NCBI GenBank assembly: GCA_031367385.1
Contig: JANLPS010000132.1
Location: forward strand, 1 to 35,846
From: Archangium sp.
GTDB taxonomy: Bacteria; Myxococcota; Myxococcia; Myxococcales; Myxococcaceae
Direction of reading: 5' to 3'
Length of the DNA stretch: 35,846 nt
In this document: positions 17,065 through 26,288 of the stretch, in pieces
How the letters are laid out: each line of letters starts with the position of its first letter
How positions within the stretch are numbered: the stretch's first letter is position 1
Translations under genes and position numbers: made by a program
The notes under the pieces: model-generated
The model's input: only the letters and a program-made list of their open reading frames with translations
The model's database searches: none
What the model was told of the DNA's origin: nothing

Positions 17065-18321
17065 TTAGCGCTGAACGAGCGGGGCGTGCGCCTTGAGCGC
17101 CTCGAACTGCGGCGTCTTCGCGAGCTCGGGGGTGAGCGACAAGATCTGCTGCATCAAGGTGCCGACCTCAGCCCGCTCGGGCACCGTCAGCTCCTTGGTG
17201 GCAACCCGCTTGGCCATCTCGTCGAGCTTGCCCGGCAGGTCTTCAATCAGCGCAGCGCGCGCGGTGATCGGCTGGCGCGCCTTGAGCGAATCGAACTCGT
17301 CGGTGCGCTGCAGTATCGGCGCGAACACTTCGATGCGTTGCATCAGCTTGCCCAGCTCACGGCGCTCGGGGTTGCTCAGCTCTTTTTTAGCCGCGAGGCC
17401 CGTTGAGGTTCGCTTCAGCTCTTCGGCGAGCTCGGCCTTGGCCTCGTCTGGGCCCATCGGCTTCAGCGCGATCAAGCTCTGCACCGAGGGCCGCTCTTTC
17501 AAGTCGGGAAACTTGCCGAGCGCCTCGTCGAGCGCCGCGCCAATGACCATTCGCTCATCGCGATTCAGCTTCGAGCCCGTGGCCGTGGCTTGCTTCGCCC
17601 AGCCATCGAACATCGCACTGACGTCAGCGCGCTCCTTTTTCTGCGCTTCGGCAGTCGCGACCGGCGCCTTGCCCGCGGGTGCACCAGCGGCACCAGCGGC
17701 ACCCGGCTTGGTCTCAACGACCGGCGTGCCCGGGGGGCGCAGCGGGTCGCCCGGGGGCAACCGCGTACGCAACACATTCACTTCGGGGCTCTCGGCGAGC
17801 TCGGGGAACGAGGCCTTCACTTCCTTGAGTTTCCCGCGAATCTGGTCCTGTTGCGACGGGCTGAGCTCAGGCGCCTGCCGAACACCTTCGGCGAACGCGT
17901 GCAACCCGGTGCGATACTTCTCGACCTCGGCCGTGCGGGCCTTCTTGGCCGCCTCCATCTGGGCTTCTGCTTCGGCCTTGCCGCCATCAGCCGGCGCTGG
18001 GGGCTTGCCCGTCTGCGTGCCCGCCTTCGCGCGGTTCAACCGCACTTCATCACCGACCAGAATGCGATCGCCGTGCTTGCGCTGGGCCGAGGCCAGCTCG
18101 GGGTTGTCTTTCTTGATCGTGTTCACCAGCTTCAGAATCTCGGCGTCGCTCGCCTTGCCGCCCAACACGCTCTTGGCGATGCCCCACAACGTGTCGTCTT
18201 TCTTCACCACGTACTTCTGGTCAGCCGGCACGTCAGAGAGAATGACGAGCTCGTTGGCCAGGTCTCGCTCGCGCGGGGGGCTGGCGACTTTGGGTGCAGC
18301 AGGCGGAATTTTGGCGACCAT
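17065..18321 (-). CDS. LysM-domain protein with four C-terminal helical repeats
   Basis: GGAG RBS and ATG 18321. LysM YVVKKDDTLWGIA..NPEL..RILVGDEVRL at about 18040-18217. No signal peptide. Confidence 0.85.
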   Translation of the reverse strand: MVAKIPPAAPKVASPPRERDLANELVILSDVPADQKYVVKKDDTLWGIAKSVLGGKASDAEILKLVNTIKKDNPELASAQRKHGDRILVGDEVRLNRAKAGTQTGKPPAPADGGKAEAEAQMEAAKKARTAEVEKYRTGLHAFAEGVRQAPELSPSQQDQIRGKLKEVKASFPELAESPEVNVLRTRLPPGDPLRPPGTPVVETKPGAAGAAGAPAGKAPVATAEAQKKERADVSAMFDGWAKQATATGSKLNRDERMVIGAALDEALGKFPDLKERPSVQSLIALKPMGPDEAKAELAEELKRTSTGLAAKKELSNPERRELGKLMQRIEVFAPILQRTDEFDSLKARQPITARAALIEDLPGKLDEMAKRVATKELTVPERAEVGTLMQQILSLTPELAKTPQFEALKAHAPLVQR

Positions 18322-18407
18322 GGTGGGGCTCCATCGTTTGAAAGAACGAGGCAGAAAAGCGCAACAGCTTGACACGGCCTGAGGCCGGTGTGCGCAAGTG
18401 TGGTCGC

Positions 18408-18429
18408 TTTGGGTCAAAGTCGACCCAAA
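18408..18429. terminator. Stem-loop downstream of the ADH-like gene (possible terminator)
   Basis: TTTGGGTC-AAAGTC-GACCCAAA, a perfect 8-bp stem; no clear U-tract on the minus strand. Confidence 0.35.
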
Positions 18430-18548
18430 ATCAGCATGTTACGGGGGTTACTCGCTGATGTTCACGACCGTCACGGCCTTGCGGTAGGCGCCGACGTCGT
18501 GGTCGCGAATGCCGTCGGTCACCCAAATTCGTTGGCCGATGAGAGTGA

Positions 18549-19529
18549 CTACGAAGGTTGGCAGTCGAACACCAACCGGCCGACGAAACCGCCGTCGCGA
18601 AGCCACCACAGCCGCTCGATGGCGCTCTCCAGCGGGGCGGAGTCGATGGTCGCCCGCACCAAGCCGCGCTGATGCAGCTCGAAGACCTCGTTCAAGTCGC
18701 TGCGCGAGCCGAGCACACTGCCGCGAATGGTCAGCCCCTGAAACACGGTGTCGGCGAGCGAGACGTCGAAGCGCCCGGTGGGGCTCGAGCCCACCAACAT
18801 CACCGTGCCTCCGCGTTGAAGGCCCCGGGCCGCCACCCCGATGGCCTGCGTCGAGGGCGTGCACACCACCGCCACATCGACGCCACCCACTGGCATCCCC
18901 GGCGTCGCTCCCAGCGACTCCGCCAGGTGCAGGCGATCGGCGTCTGGCTCGATGACGTGCACCGTCGCGCCCAGCGCCTTCGCGAATTGAATCGCCAGGT
19001 GCCCAACCCCGCCACACCCGAAGACCGCGACCCGTTGACCGACGCCGACGCCCGCGAGCCGCAGCGCGCCCAACGCCGACCACCCCGAGCCGGCGAGGCA
19101 AGCCGCTTGATGGGCAGAGACCGTCTCGGGCACCGGCAACAGGTGCTGCGCCGCGAAGTGGCCGTGGGTGGTGAGCGCTCCGTCTCGGTGAAAGCCATGC
19201 CACTGGGCCTTGGCGCACAACCGCTCCAGGCCGCGCTCGCAGAGGTGACAGGCCCCACAGGTGGTCGCCAGGGGGGTCACCGCCACCCGGGTGCCGAGCG
19301 CCAAACCCACACCTTCACCTACCGCCTCCACCCGGCCGACCGCCTCCTGCCCGCCGATCAGCGGCAACCGGGGCACGGCGTCGAGGGTCAGCACGTCCCA
19401 GTCGCGCAGGCCCAGGGCGCAGGCTTCGAGCCGCAGCCGAACCTCGCCCGGCCCGGGCGCCGGCAGCTCGACCTCGATTCGTTGCAGGGGTTCTTTTGAA
19501 TGGGTCAGGGCGATGGCGTGCGCACGCAT
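18549..19529 (-). CDS. Zinc-binding alcohol dehydrogenase (MDR) homolog with degenerate catalytic site
   Basis: PGPGEV, structural Zn CGACHLCERGLERLC, Rossmann GCGGVG, end GRLVF. Start ATG 19529. Confidence 0.9.
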   Translation of the reverse strand: MRAHAIALTHSKEPLQRIEVELPAPGPGEVRLRLEACALGLRDWDVLTLDAVPRLPLIGGQEAVGRVEAVGEGVGLALGTRVAVTPLATTCGACHLCERGLERLCAKAQWHGFHRDGALTTHGHFAAQHLLPVPETVSAHQAACLAGSGWSALGALRLAGVGVGQRVAVFGCGGVGHLAIQFAKALGATVHVIEPDADRLHLAESLGATPGMPVGGVDVAVVCTPSTQAIGVAARGLQRGGTVMLVGSSPTGRFDVSLADTVFQGLTIRGSVLGSRSDLNEVFELHQRGLVRATIDSAPLESAIERLWWLRDGGFVGRLVFDCQPS

Positions 19530-19592
19530 TCGCACACCAAAGCAGCAACAAGTTGGACCGCGCCACAGACCTGTAGGAACGTCTGCGTCGAA

Positions 19593-22547
19593 ATGGCCTC
19601 CCCGGTGTTGCTCGTCGCTGACGATTTGTCGACCATTGCGGCCGTCAAGCGGGTGTTGGCGCGCGAGGGCTACGAGGTCGTGCTCGCCACCAGCGCGGCC
19701 GATGCGGTGATCGGCTGGAGCCACCACCTGCCCGCCCTGCTGCTGCTGCAGCCCTCGGTCGAGGGAGATCGCGGTGCGGTGGTCATCGAAGAGCTGCAGC
19801 AGCACCCCGAGGCCAGGCTGCTGCGGGTGGTGATGCTCGGCGAGACGTTGCCCGGCTACCCGTACGCTGTCGAGCCGCTGCCCATCGACCCCGAGCACTT
19901 CGCCGAGACCCTCGCCGAGTCGGTGCGCGCGTCGTCGGGCGAGGGCGAAGCGTGGAAGTTGATCGAATCTCCGCGAACGACCGCACCCGAGCTGCCAGTG
20001 CGCACCGAGCGCGATGAGTGGCGCTCGACCAAGCCTGGGGCGACGCTGACCGACGGCCTCGACTCTGCCGAGCCCGAGCTGCCTGCGATGGAGGTCGAGC
20101 CCGCCGCGTCGCCCAAGCTCGAAGACCGGTTGTTTGGTGACCTGCCCTCGATTGAAGAGTCGATGCACCGCGACATCGAGGCCGAGGCGATCGCCAGCGT
20201 CGAGTCGTCACTGGCGCAACGCGAGCAAGACGGAGAGCTCCAGCAGCTCGAAGACGACGTTCGCGCCGAGGCCCAGCGCCGACGTCAGACCCGCGAATCA
20301 CGCATCACCCACCCCGCCGCCGCCACGCTCACCGGCGACGAAGAGACCTCCTTCGCCGCTGAAGAGCCCACGCCCGCGCCAGCCGATGGGCCGCCCCGCG
20401 AAAACCAACCCGCCCAGGCCCGCGAAGTGCTCGCCCGCGCCGAGGCGATGGTGCTCGAGAGCCGCGCCGCCGCTGAAGCGAACCGCCGCGCCGATGAAAA
20501 TGAAGAGCGGCACCTCGCCCAGGAGCTCGAAGCCCTCAAGCGCCGCCTTCAGCTCGTCGAAGACGAGGTTCGGGCCGAGCGCGAAGGCCGAGTCGTCACC
20601 GAAGACGAGCTGCTGCAGACCCGCGGGCAGCTCAGCCAAACCCAAGACCAGCTCGACTCCGACCGGGCCGAGGCCGAGAGCCGGCTCAGCTCCGAGCTTC
20701 AGATTCTGCGCGAAGAGGCCGAGGCGTTTCGGGTCGCACGCGAGCGTGACCTCACCGAGCAGCTCGAGGCCGAGCGGCAGATGGTCGACTCGCTGCAGCA
20801 GGCGGTCGACGCGCGCGAGGTCGCGTTCAACGAGGTGCAGGCGCTGCTCGACGTCTCCAAGGAGCTGAGCACCCAGCTGCAGGCAGAGGTCGATTCGCGG
20901 CAAGAGCGCCTCGATGGCGAGACCCGGGCCAATCAGCAGCTCAACGCGCAAGTGACCGAGGTCTCGAATGAATTGGCGCGCGTCTCCGAGGAGCTGATCA
21001 GCGCGACCACCGAGCGCGAGGCCTTGCAACGCGAGCTGGCCCCGCTCAAGACCGCGCAGCAAGAGCTCGAGGCGCTGACCACGCTGCACGTGAAGCTGAG
21101 CCAAGAACGCGACGCGCTCGACCAACAGGTGACAGACCTGGGGCCACGGCTCGAGGCGGCGAATACCCAGCTGGCGAAGCTCGAGGCAACCACCCAGGCC
21201 TTGCTCCAGTCGAAGGAGCGGGCTGATCAGCTGGCCCAGCACGTCGTGTCGCTCGAGTCGAACCTCTCGACCCATCGCACCGCGGCGCACGAGACGACCA
21301 ACGAGCGCGACGTGCTCAAAGGTGACGTCGATCGCCTCTCGACCGAGCTGGCCGAGGCCGTCGCGACGGTGGCACGGTTGACTCACGACCTGGCGACGGT
21401 GCGTGAGGCGCTCGATGCCACCGCCGCGCGGGCCGAGACCGCCGAGGCCGGAGTGCAGTTGGCAGGCGAACGAATTCAAGAGCTCGAGCACCGGGCCACC
21501 ATGCCGCTCGCGTTGCCTGGGCGACGGGCGCTCGGCGTGGCGCGCACCGGCCAGGTCACCCTCGAGGGGCTGGCCGCGCTGGTCGGGCAGTTGGTGATTG
21601 CGCAAGCCGACGCGCGACTCGAGCTGGGGGTCACCGGAGGCACCCGCGTGCTCTGGTTCAAGAAGGGTCTGGTAGTCGGCGCCGAGTCGAGCCTCCCTCA
21701 CGAAACGCTGATCGATCGCGCCCGCCGAGACGGCTTGATCGACGCGAGGCAAGAGAGCGAGCTGCGCCTGATCAAGCACGCGTCAGGTCGTGAACAGCTC
21801 GACGCGATGCGCTCTCGAGGCGTGCTGCGAGAGCTCGAAGCGGTGCCCCTGGCCCAGCGCTACACCGAGCACCTCGCGCTCGAGGCGTTCGCCGAGACCT
21901 CGTCGCAGTACCGGTTGGCCGATGACGTGCCGACGTCTGAAGTGCTGCAGGCGACGGTGCCCCGCGCCACCCTGCCGATGCTGGCCGAGGCGATTCGCCG
22001 GAGCCTGCCGGTCGACGCGCTGCTCGAGACCTTGGGCGGCGGTGAAGCGCTCTGTGAGCCGCTCGAGTCTGATCTCGACCTTCGCGCCCTGGGGTTCAGC
22101 GATCGCGAGCGCAAGATGCTCTCATGGGTCGATGGTGAAACGACGGTCGAAGACCTCGCGCTGGCCTCGGGCCTCAAGCAAGACGTCGCGTTTCGTGCCT
22201 TGCTGGTGGCCAAGCTGATGGGGTTGATCGCGGTGGTGGCCCCCAAGGAGCGGCCGGTGGCCCCGTCGGGTGACCTCGAGGTGCAGCGGCTCGACGCCAA
22301 GTACGACGAGGTGCTCGAGGCCGACTACTTCACGATTCTGGGGCTCGGGAAGACCGCGGGCAACGATGACGTGCAGCGCGCCTTCAGCCGCCTCTCGAAT
22401 GAGTTCGACCCGCTCAAGTATTCAGGGCACCCCGACCCCGCCCTGCAGCAGCGCGCTCAGGTGGTGTTCACGCACCTCGAAGAGGCCGCCAAGGCCCTCG
22501 AAGACGACCGGCGGCGCAGTGAATACGCGAGGCATCTGCTCGATTGA
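19593..22547 (+). CDS. Atypical receiver + long coiled-coil + DUF4388-like + J-domain-like protein
   Basis: N-terminal PVLLVADD..LAREGYEV receiver fold; E/Q/L-rich heptads; RVLWFKKGLVVGAESS; C-terminal DYFTILGL..VQRAFSRLSNEFDP..ALEDDRRRSEY. Confidence 0.85.
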   Translation: MASPVLLVADDLSTIAAVKRVLAREGYEVVLATSAADAVIGWSHHLPALLLLQPSVEGDRGAVVIEELQQHPEARLLRVVMLGETLPGYPYAVEPLPIDPEHFAETLAESVRASSGEGEAWKLIESPRTTAPELPVRTERDEWRSTKPGATLTDGLDSAEPELPAMEVEPAASPKLEDRLFGDLPSIEESMHRDIEAEAIASVESSLAQREQDGELQQLEDDVRAEAQRRRQTRESRITHPAAATLTGDEETSFAAEEPTPAPADGPPRENQPAQAREVLARAEAMVLESRAAAEANRRADENEERHLAQELEALKRRLQLVEDEVRAEREGRVVTEDELLQTRGQLSQTQDQLDSDRAEAESRLSSELQILREEAEAFRVARERDLTEQLEAERQMVDSLQQAVDAREVAFNEVQALLDVSKELSTQLQAEVDSRQERLDGETRANQQLNAQVTEVSNELARVSEELISATTEREALQRELAPLKTAQQELEALTTLHVKLSQERDALDQQVTDLGPRLEAANTQLAKLEATTQALLQSKERADQLAQHVVSLESNLSTHRTAAHETTNERDVLKGDVDRLSTELAEAVATVARLTHDLATVREALDATAARAETAEAGVQLAGERIQELEHRATMPLALPGRRALGVARTGQVTLEGLAALVGQLVIAQADARLELGVTGGTRVLWFKKGLVVGAESSLPHETLIDRARRDGLIDARQESELRLIKHASGREQLDAMRSRGVLRELEAVPLAQRYTEHLALEAFAETSSQYRLADDVPTSEVLQATVPRATLPMLAEAIRRSLPVDALLETLGGGEALCEPLESDLDLRALGFSDRERKMLSWVDGETTVEDLALASGLKQDVAFRALLVAKLMGLIAVVAPKERPVAPSGDLEVQRLDAKYDEVLEADYFTILGLGKTAGNDDVQRAFSRLSNEFDPLKYSGHPDPALQQRAQVVFTHLEEAAKALEDDRRRSEYARHLLD

Positions 22548-22607
22548 CCGAAGGGTGCTCTCGGGTGTGTTTGCGCGGGGCCACGAGTGGCGTTAATACT
22601 CCCCGCT

Positions 22608-23186
22608 ATGGTTCGCGAAATTCTGGTCTGGCCCCACCCCCTGCTCAAACAAAAGGCCCAGCCGGTCAAGGTCGTCGATGACTCGATTCGAACGCTGATC
22701 AAAGACATGTTCGATTCGATGTACGCGGCCGATGGCGTTGGGCTGGCGGCTCCGCAGGTCGGGGTGCTCAAGAACGTGATCGTGCTCGACACCACGCCGC
22801 GTCAACCCGAGTCGAAGCCGGTGGCGATGATCAACCCTGAAATTCTCGAGCTCAACGGCGAGACGGTGTACCGCGAGGGGTGCCTCTCGATACCCGGTGA
22901 GGCTGAAGACGTCGACCGGGCCGAGACCATCACCGTGCGGTACCTCGATGAGCAGGGCAACGAAGTGGTTTTGAAAGCCGACGGGTTGCTGGCGATCGCG
23001 GTGCAGCACGAGACCGACCACCTCAAGGGCATCATGTTCGTCGACCACATCTCGGCGCTCAAGCGCGAGATCGTTCGAAAGCGAATGAAGAAGTTTCAAG
23101 CGACGATCGAGGCCGAGAAGAAAGAGGCCGCCGAGGCGGCCAAGACCGGCAAGAAGCGCAAGTCCAGCGGCGCCGAAGCACACTAA
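22608..23186 (+). CDS. def: Peptide deformylase
   Basis: GVGLAAPQVG, EGCLS and QHETDHLKG motifs. Confidence 0.97.
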   Translation: MVREILVWPHPLLKQKAQPVKVVDDSIRTLIKDMFDSMYAADGVGLAAPQVGVLKNVIVLDTTPRQPESKPVAMINPEILELNGETVYREGCLSIPGEAEDVDRAETITVRYLDEQGNEVVLKADGLLAIAVQHETDHLKGIMFVDHISALKREIVRKRMKKFQATIEAEKKEAAEAAKTGKKRKSSGAEAH

Positions 23187-23737
23187 CTGCTGACGTTGAG
23201 CAGCCCATCGGGTTTGACGGTGGTGACCCGATTGATGATCTCCGCGATGGTCTTTCGCATCGCGCCCTCACTCGCAAGCCGAAGGCGCTCGGTGCCGATC
23301 AGATGGTCCAAGAAGTGCGCTTTGTATGACTGCGCGATGGTGTCTTGCCACACCACCTGCCCGCTCGGCACGTCGACGAGCTTGCACCACACGGCGGCGG
23401 CGACCGTCATGTCGAAGCCGAGGGTCGGCTGCCGGAGCGACACCAGCGTGACGTCAAGCCGGTACCGAGCCAACTCGCCCTGCGGCGCCAGCAGACCGGC
23501 CTCTTGCAGCGAATCAGACAACGCTCGATGGAGCGCCTCGTTCTCGACCTCGACCGTCGGTGAAAGGAGCTCTTGCGGCAGCCCGCCGGTCACTTCTCCG
23601 ACTTCGACGGCATGACGGGTTGGCGTCGTGGCGGCGGCGGCGCGAGCGACCTCGACTGGTAATACGGTCATGCCTTCGATTGAGGTGGTCGTGTAACAGC
23701 CGCTCAACACCGTGAGCGCTGCGATGAAGAATTTCAT
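23183..23737 (-). CDS. Hypothetical lipoprotein
   Basis: MKFFIAALTVLSGC lipobox; alpha/beta pattern (ALSDSLQEAGLL..YRLDVTL..LVDVPSGQVVW). Confidence 0.8.
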   Translation of the reverse strand: MKFFIAALTVLSGCYTTTSIEGMTVLPVEVARAAAATTPTRHAVEVGEVTGGLPQELLSPTVEVENEALHRALSDSLQEAGLLAPQGELARYRLDVTLVSLRQPTLGFDMTVAAAVWCKLVDVPSGQVVWQDTIAQSYKAHFLDHLIGTERLRLASEGAMRKTIAEIINRVTTVKPDGLLNVSS

Positions 23738-23781
23738 GTGGGGTCCCCCGGCTGCGTGAGGCGCCCCAGAACGCGATGCGC

Positions 23782-24450
23782 TCAGCCTGATTGCTTGGCT
23801 TTTTTGAGACCGCGCTTCGGGCACAGCGGCTCGACCACGCAGCGATGACACTCTGGCTTGCGCGCGTGACAGACCCGCCGCCCGTGCCAGATCAGCAACT
23901 GGTGGCCTTGAAACCAATTCGTGACGGGGAAGATGGTCTGCAGGTCAGCTTCGACGTCATCGGGGTCGGTGTGGGTGCTGAACCCCAACCGGTACGAGAG
24001 TCGGAGAATGTGGGTGTCGACCGGAAACGCGTCGTCGCCTTTGAGGTGCATCGACACCACGCCGGCGGTCTTGGGCCCCACGCCAGGCAGCTCGGCGAGC
24101 TCGGCTCGAGTGATGGGCACCACGCCGTCGTGACGCTCGAGCAGCGCCTTGCCCAGGTTCACCAAGCTCTTCGATTTATTGCGAAAAAGCCCCAGCGTTT
24201 GAATGAATGGCTCGAGCTGCTCGGGCTTGGCCTTCGCGTAGTCGCGCGCGGTTGTGTACGCCGCGAACAGCTTGGGAGTGGCCATGTTCACGCCGCGATC
24301 GGTCGACTGCGCCGAGAGAATCACCGAGACCAAGAGCTCGAGTGGGCTGGTGTAGTCGAGCTCGATTTTCGCCTCGGGCATCGCCGCGTTGAGCCGCGAG
24401 AACACCTCGTTCGCCCGCTTCTGTTTGGCTCCCCGCGTCTCTCTGGCCAT
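23782..24450 (-). CDS. nth: Endonuclease III
   Basis: LLVSVILSAQSTD, HhH LPGVGPKTA, PVDTH and 4Fe-4S motif CHARKPECHRCVVEPLC. Confidence 0.96.
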   Translation of the reverse strand: MARETRGAKQKRANEVFSRLNAAMPEAKIELDYTSPLELLVSVILSAQSTDRGVNMATPKLFAAYTTARDYAKAKPEQLEPFIQTLGLFRNKSKSLVNLGKALLERHDGVVPITRAELAELPGVGPKTAGVVSMHLKGDDAFPVDTHILRLSYRLGFSTHTDPDDVEADLQTIFPVTNWFQGHQLLIWHGRRVCHARKPECHRCVVEPLCPKRGLKKAKQSG

Positions 24451-24505
24451 CGCGTCGAACAGGTTACGAGCGGCCGGGCGCGGGTGGTGGTATTTTTCAC
24501 GGCCT

Positions 24506-25411
24506 GTGACTCGGGCCCCCTCACTCGCCGCAGTGGTGTTGCTGCTGGGCGGCTGTGTCACCACCGAGACACCGGCTCCGAAGTTGCCGTTCGACGAGGC
24601 GATGGGGTTTGCGGCGGCGCAGGCGCGACTGCGGGGCGCTCCGATTGAAGATCTGCATGCGTCTGAAGCGCTGGCCACGGCGATGCGGCAGTTCAGCGTC
24701 GCAAGCCACGCGGTGCGCAAACAGACCGAGCGTGGTGCGCCGATGCCGGCCACGCAAATCGAAGCCTGGGGCGTGGTGCTGAACGAGGTCGAGCACTTCG
24801 CGGCGGTGCCGGCGCGGGCCAGCTCCGTGCTCGACACCGTGCGCACGCGGCTTCAGCTCGAGACCGAGCTCGAGAGCGATGGCTCGACCTACGGCGATGT
24901 GCCGGTGGGGCTGACCGAACGGGTGCAGCTCGCGTTGCGCATGCTCTCGGCCAAGCTCACCGCGCAGACGACGACGGCCAGGCCGCTCACGCCGGCGACG
25001 CTCCAGTGGCCGGTGGCGCCGGTGCTGGTCACCAGCGCGTACGGAGATCGCTTGCACCCGATTCACGGCGAGTACCGTTTTCACGCCGGCACCGACCTGG
25101 CCGCCGAGCCCTCTCAGTCGGTCTACGCAGCAGAGACTGGCACCGTGGTGTTCTCAGGGTGGAACGGGGGTCACGGCAAGCAGGTCGAGGTGCAGCATGA
25201 CGGGCACCTGACCACCCGCTACAGCCACCTCGAGGCGCTGCTGGTGCACAACGGCCAGCACGTCAAACGCGGTGACCTGCTCGGGCTCGCGGGCCAGACC
25301 GGGCTCGCGACCGGCGTGCACCTGCACTTCGAAGTGCGCCGCGACGGTCAGGCGCTCGACCCGGAGTTCGTGCTCGACTCGCAGACCGCGCTCGCCGGAG
25401 CGCTGCGGTGA
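24506..25411 (+). CDS. M23-family metallopeptidase lipoprotein
   Basis: Lipobox LGGC; HAGTD (HxxxD), TRYSHL, TGVHLHFEVR (HxH). Start GTG 24506 inferred. Confidence 0.9.
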   Translation: MTRAPSLAAVVLLLGGCVTTETPAPKLPFDEAMGFAAAQARLRGAPIEDLHASEALATAMRQFSVASHAVRKQTERGAPMPATQIEAWGVVLNEVEHFAAVPARASSVLDTVRTRLQLETELESDGSTYGDVPVGLTERVQLALRMLSAKLTAQTTTARPLTPATLQWPVAPVLVTSAYGDRLHPIHGEYRFHAGTDLAAEPSQSVYAAETGTVVFSGWNGGHGKQVEVQHDGHLTTRYSHLEALLVHNGQHVKRGDLLGLAGQTGLATGVHLHFEVRRDGQALDPEFVLDSQTALAGALR

Positions 25412-25803
25412 CTGACCTGGTCGAGCGGCTCAAGAGCTTGGCCTTCGAGCGCGCGGAGCTGAGCCTCGCCAACGAGGCCATCGGCACGGTTCGCGAACGG
25501 CGCCAGAACGAAACAGGGAGCGCCACCAGCTATGAGGTCGCGCTCCCCGCGTTCGACATCGATGCTTTTCTGACGACGAAGACGCTGCCGAAGCTCGTCT
25601 ACTTTCTCGATTGCCGTGGCGAACGCCCACCGCGCACGCCACACACCTTCGTCTCGTTGTTCACGCCCGAGGGTCTGTACTTCGTCGACGCGGGCGAAAC
25701 GGTGATGGCTTTGGGAGCGACGCTCGGCGTGGTGACACCTGCCGAGCTGATTCGCCGGTATGGAGCCAACGGCACAGGCGACCCGAAACGGTTGGGGGTC
25801 TAG
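25408..25803 (+). CDS. Conserved hypothetical protein (resembles myxobacterial STAUR_1299 family)
   Basis: GTGA overlap with the M23 gene; SYEVALP..LPKLVYFLDCRG..FVSLF. Family name is from memory. Confidence 0.7.
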   Translation: MTDLVERLKSLAFERAELSLANEAIGTVRERRQNETGSATSYEVALPAFDIDAFLTTKTLPKLVYFLDCRGERPPRTPHTFVSLFTPEGLYFVDAGETVMALGATLGVVTPAELIRRYGANGTGDPKRLGV

Positions 25804-25821
25804 CGCGTGCCGGGCTCGGGT

Positions 25822-26091
25822 TTACAACGTGTCTTTGAGCTCTTTGGCCGGGCGAAAGCCAATCGTCTTGGTCGCCTTGAGCTTCATGATCTCGTTCGTC
25901 TGGGGGTTGCGAATCTTGCGAGCTTTGCGCGTGCGAATGCTCCACGTGCCGAAGCCAGGGTAGCTGAAGCGAACGTCTTTCTTCACCGCTTCACCAATGT
26001 TGTCGAACACCACGTCGATGATCTCTGACGCTGACTTTTTGGTGAGTCGGGTTTGTTGTGCAACGGCCTCGACGAGCTCTGCCTTGGTCAT
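25822..26091 (-). CDS. HU-family DNA-binding protein
   Basis: MTKAELVEAVA, GFGTW, RKARKIRNPQT, FRPAKELK. RBS GGAGGG. Confidence 0.96.
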   Translation of the reverse strand: MTKAELVEAVAQQTRLTKKSASEIIDVVFDNIGEAVKKDVRFSYPGFGTWSIRTRKARKIRNPQTNEIMKLKATKTIGFRPAKELKDTL

Positions 26092-26136
26092 GTGTTTTCC
26101 CCTCCGGGAGTTCGCGGCCGCCGCCGCGAGGGCGCG

Positions 26137-26176
26137 TGAGTACCAGAGGCAATTCGAGCGAGTCAATGTAATACAT
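26137..26176 (-). promoter_or_regulatory. Putative promoter of the HU gene with abutting palindrome
   Basis: Minus-strand TTGACT (26161-26166), 18-nt spacer, TG-G-TACTCA; palindrome ATGTA-A-TACAT at 26166-26176 in an AT-rich patch. Confidence 0.4.
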
Positions 26177-26288
26177 ATACACTTTGTGCCGACACCCGAT
26201 GTCTGATCTGACTTGAGTTGTATTTGATCAGAAAAAACGCCGAACCGACCGAAACCACACGGCTTTCAGGCCCCCACTGGATCACGAT

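Noticed and set aside
17093..18382. 429-aa plus-strand ORF and other long antisense ORFs (e.g. 20298-21779, 26337-27533, 34081-35754)
   Set aside because: Ser/Arg-rich shadows of well-supported genes on the opposite strand, as expected in high-GC DNA.
19530..20168. N-terminal extension of the ADH-like ORF to 539 aa
   Set aside because: Overlaps the divergent receiver gene; ADH similarity starts at ATG 19529.
10852..22547. Hsp70 plus J-domain protein as a dedicated chaperone pair
   Set aside because: The genes are over 7 kb apart in different operons, the J-like domain lacks a canonical HPD and the Hsp70 lacks a substrate-binding domain; proximity alone is not evidence.
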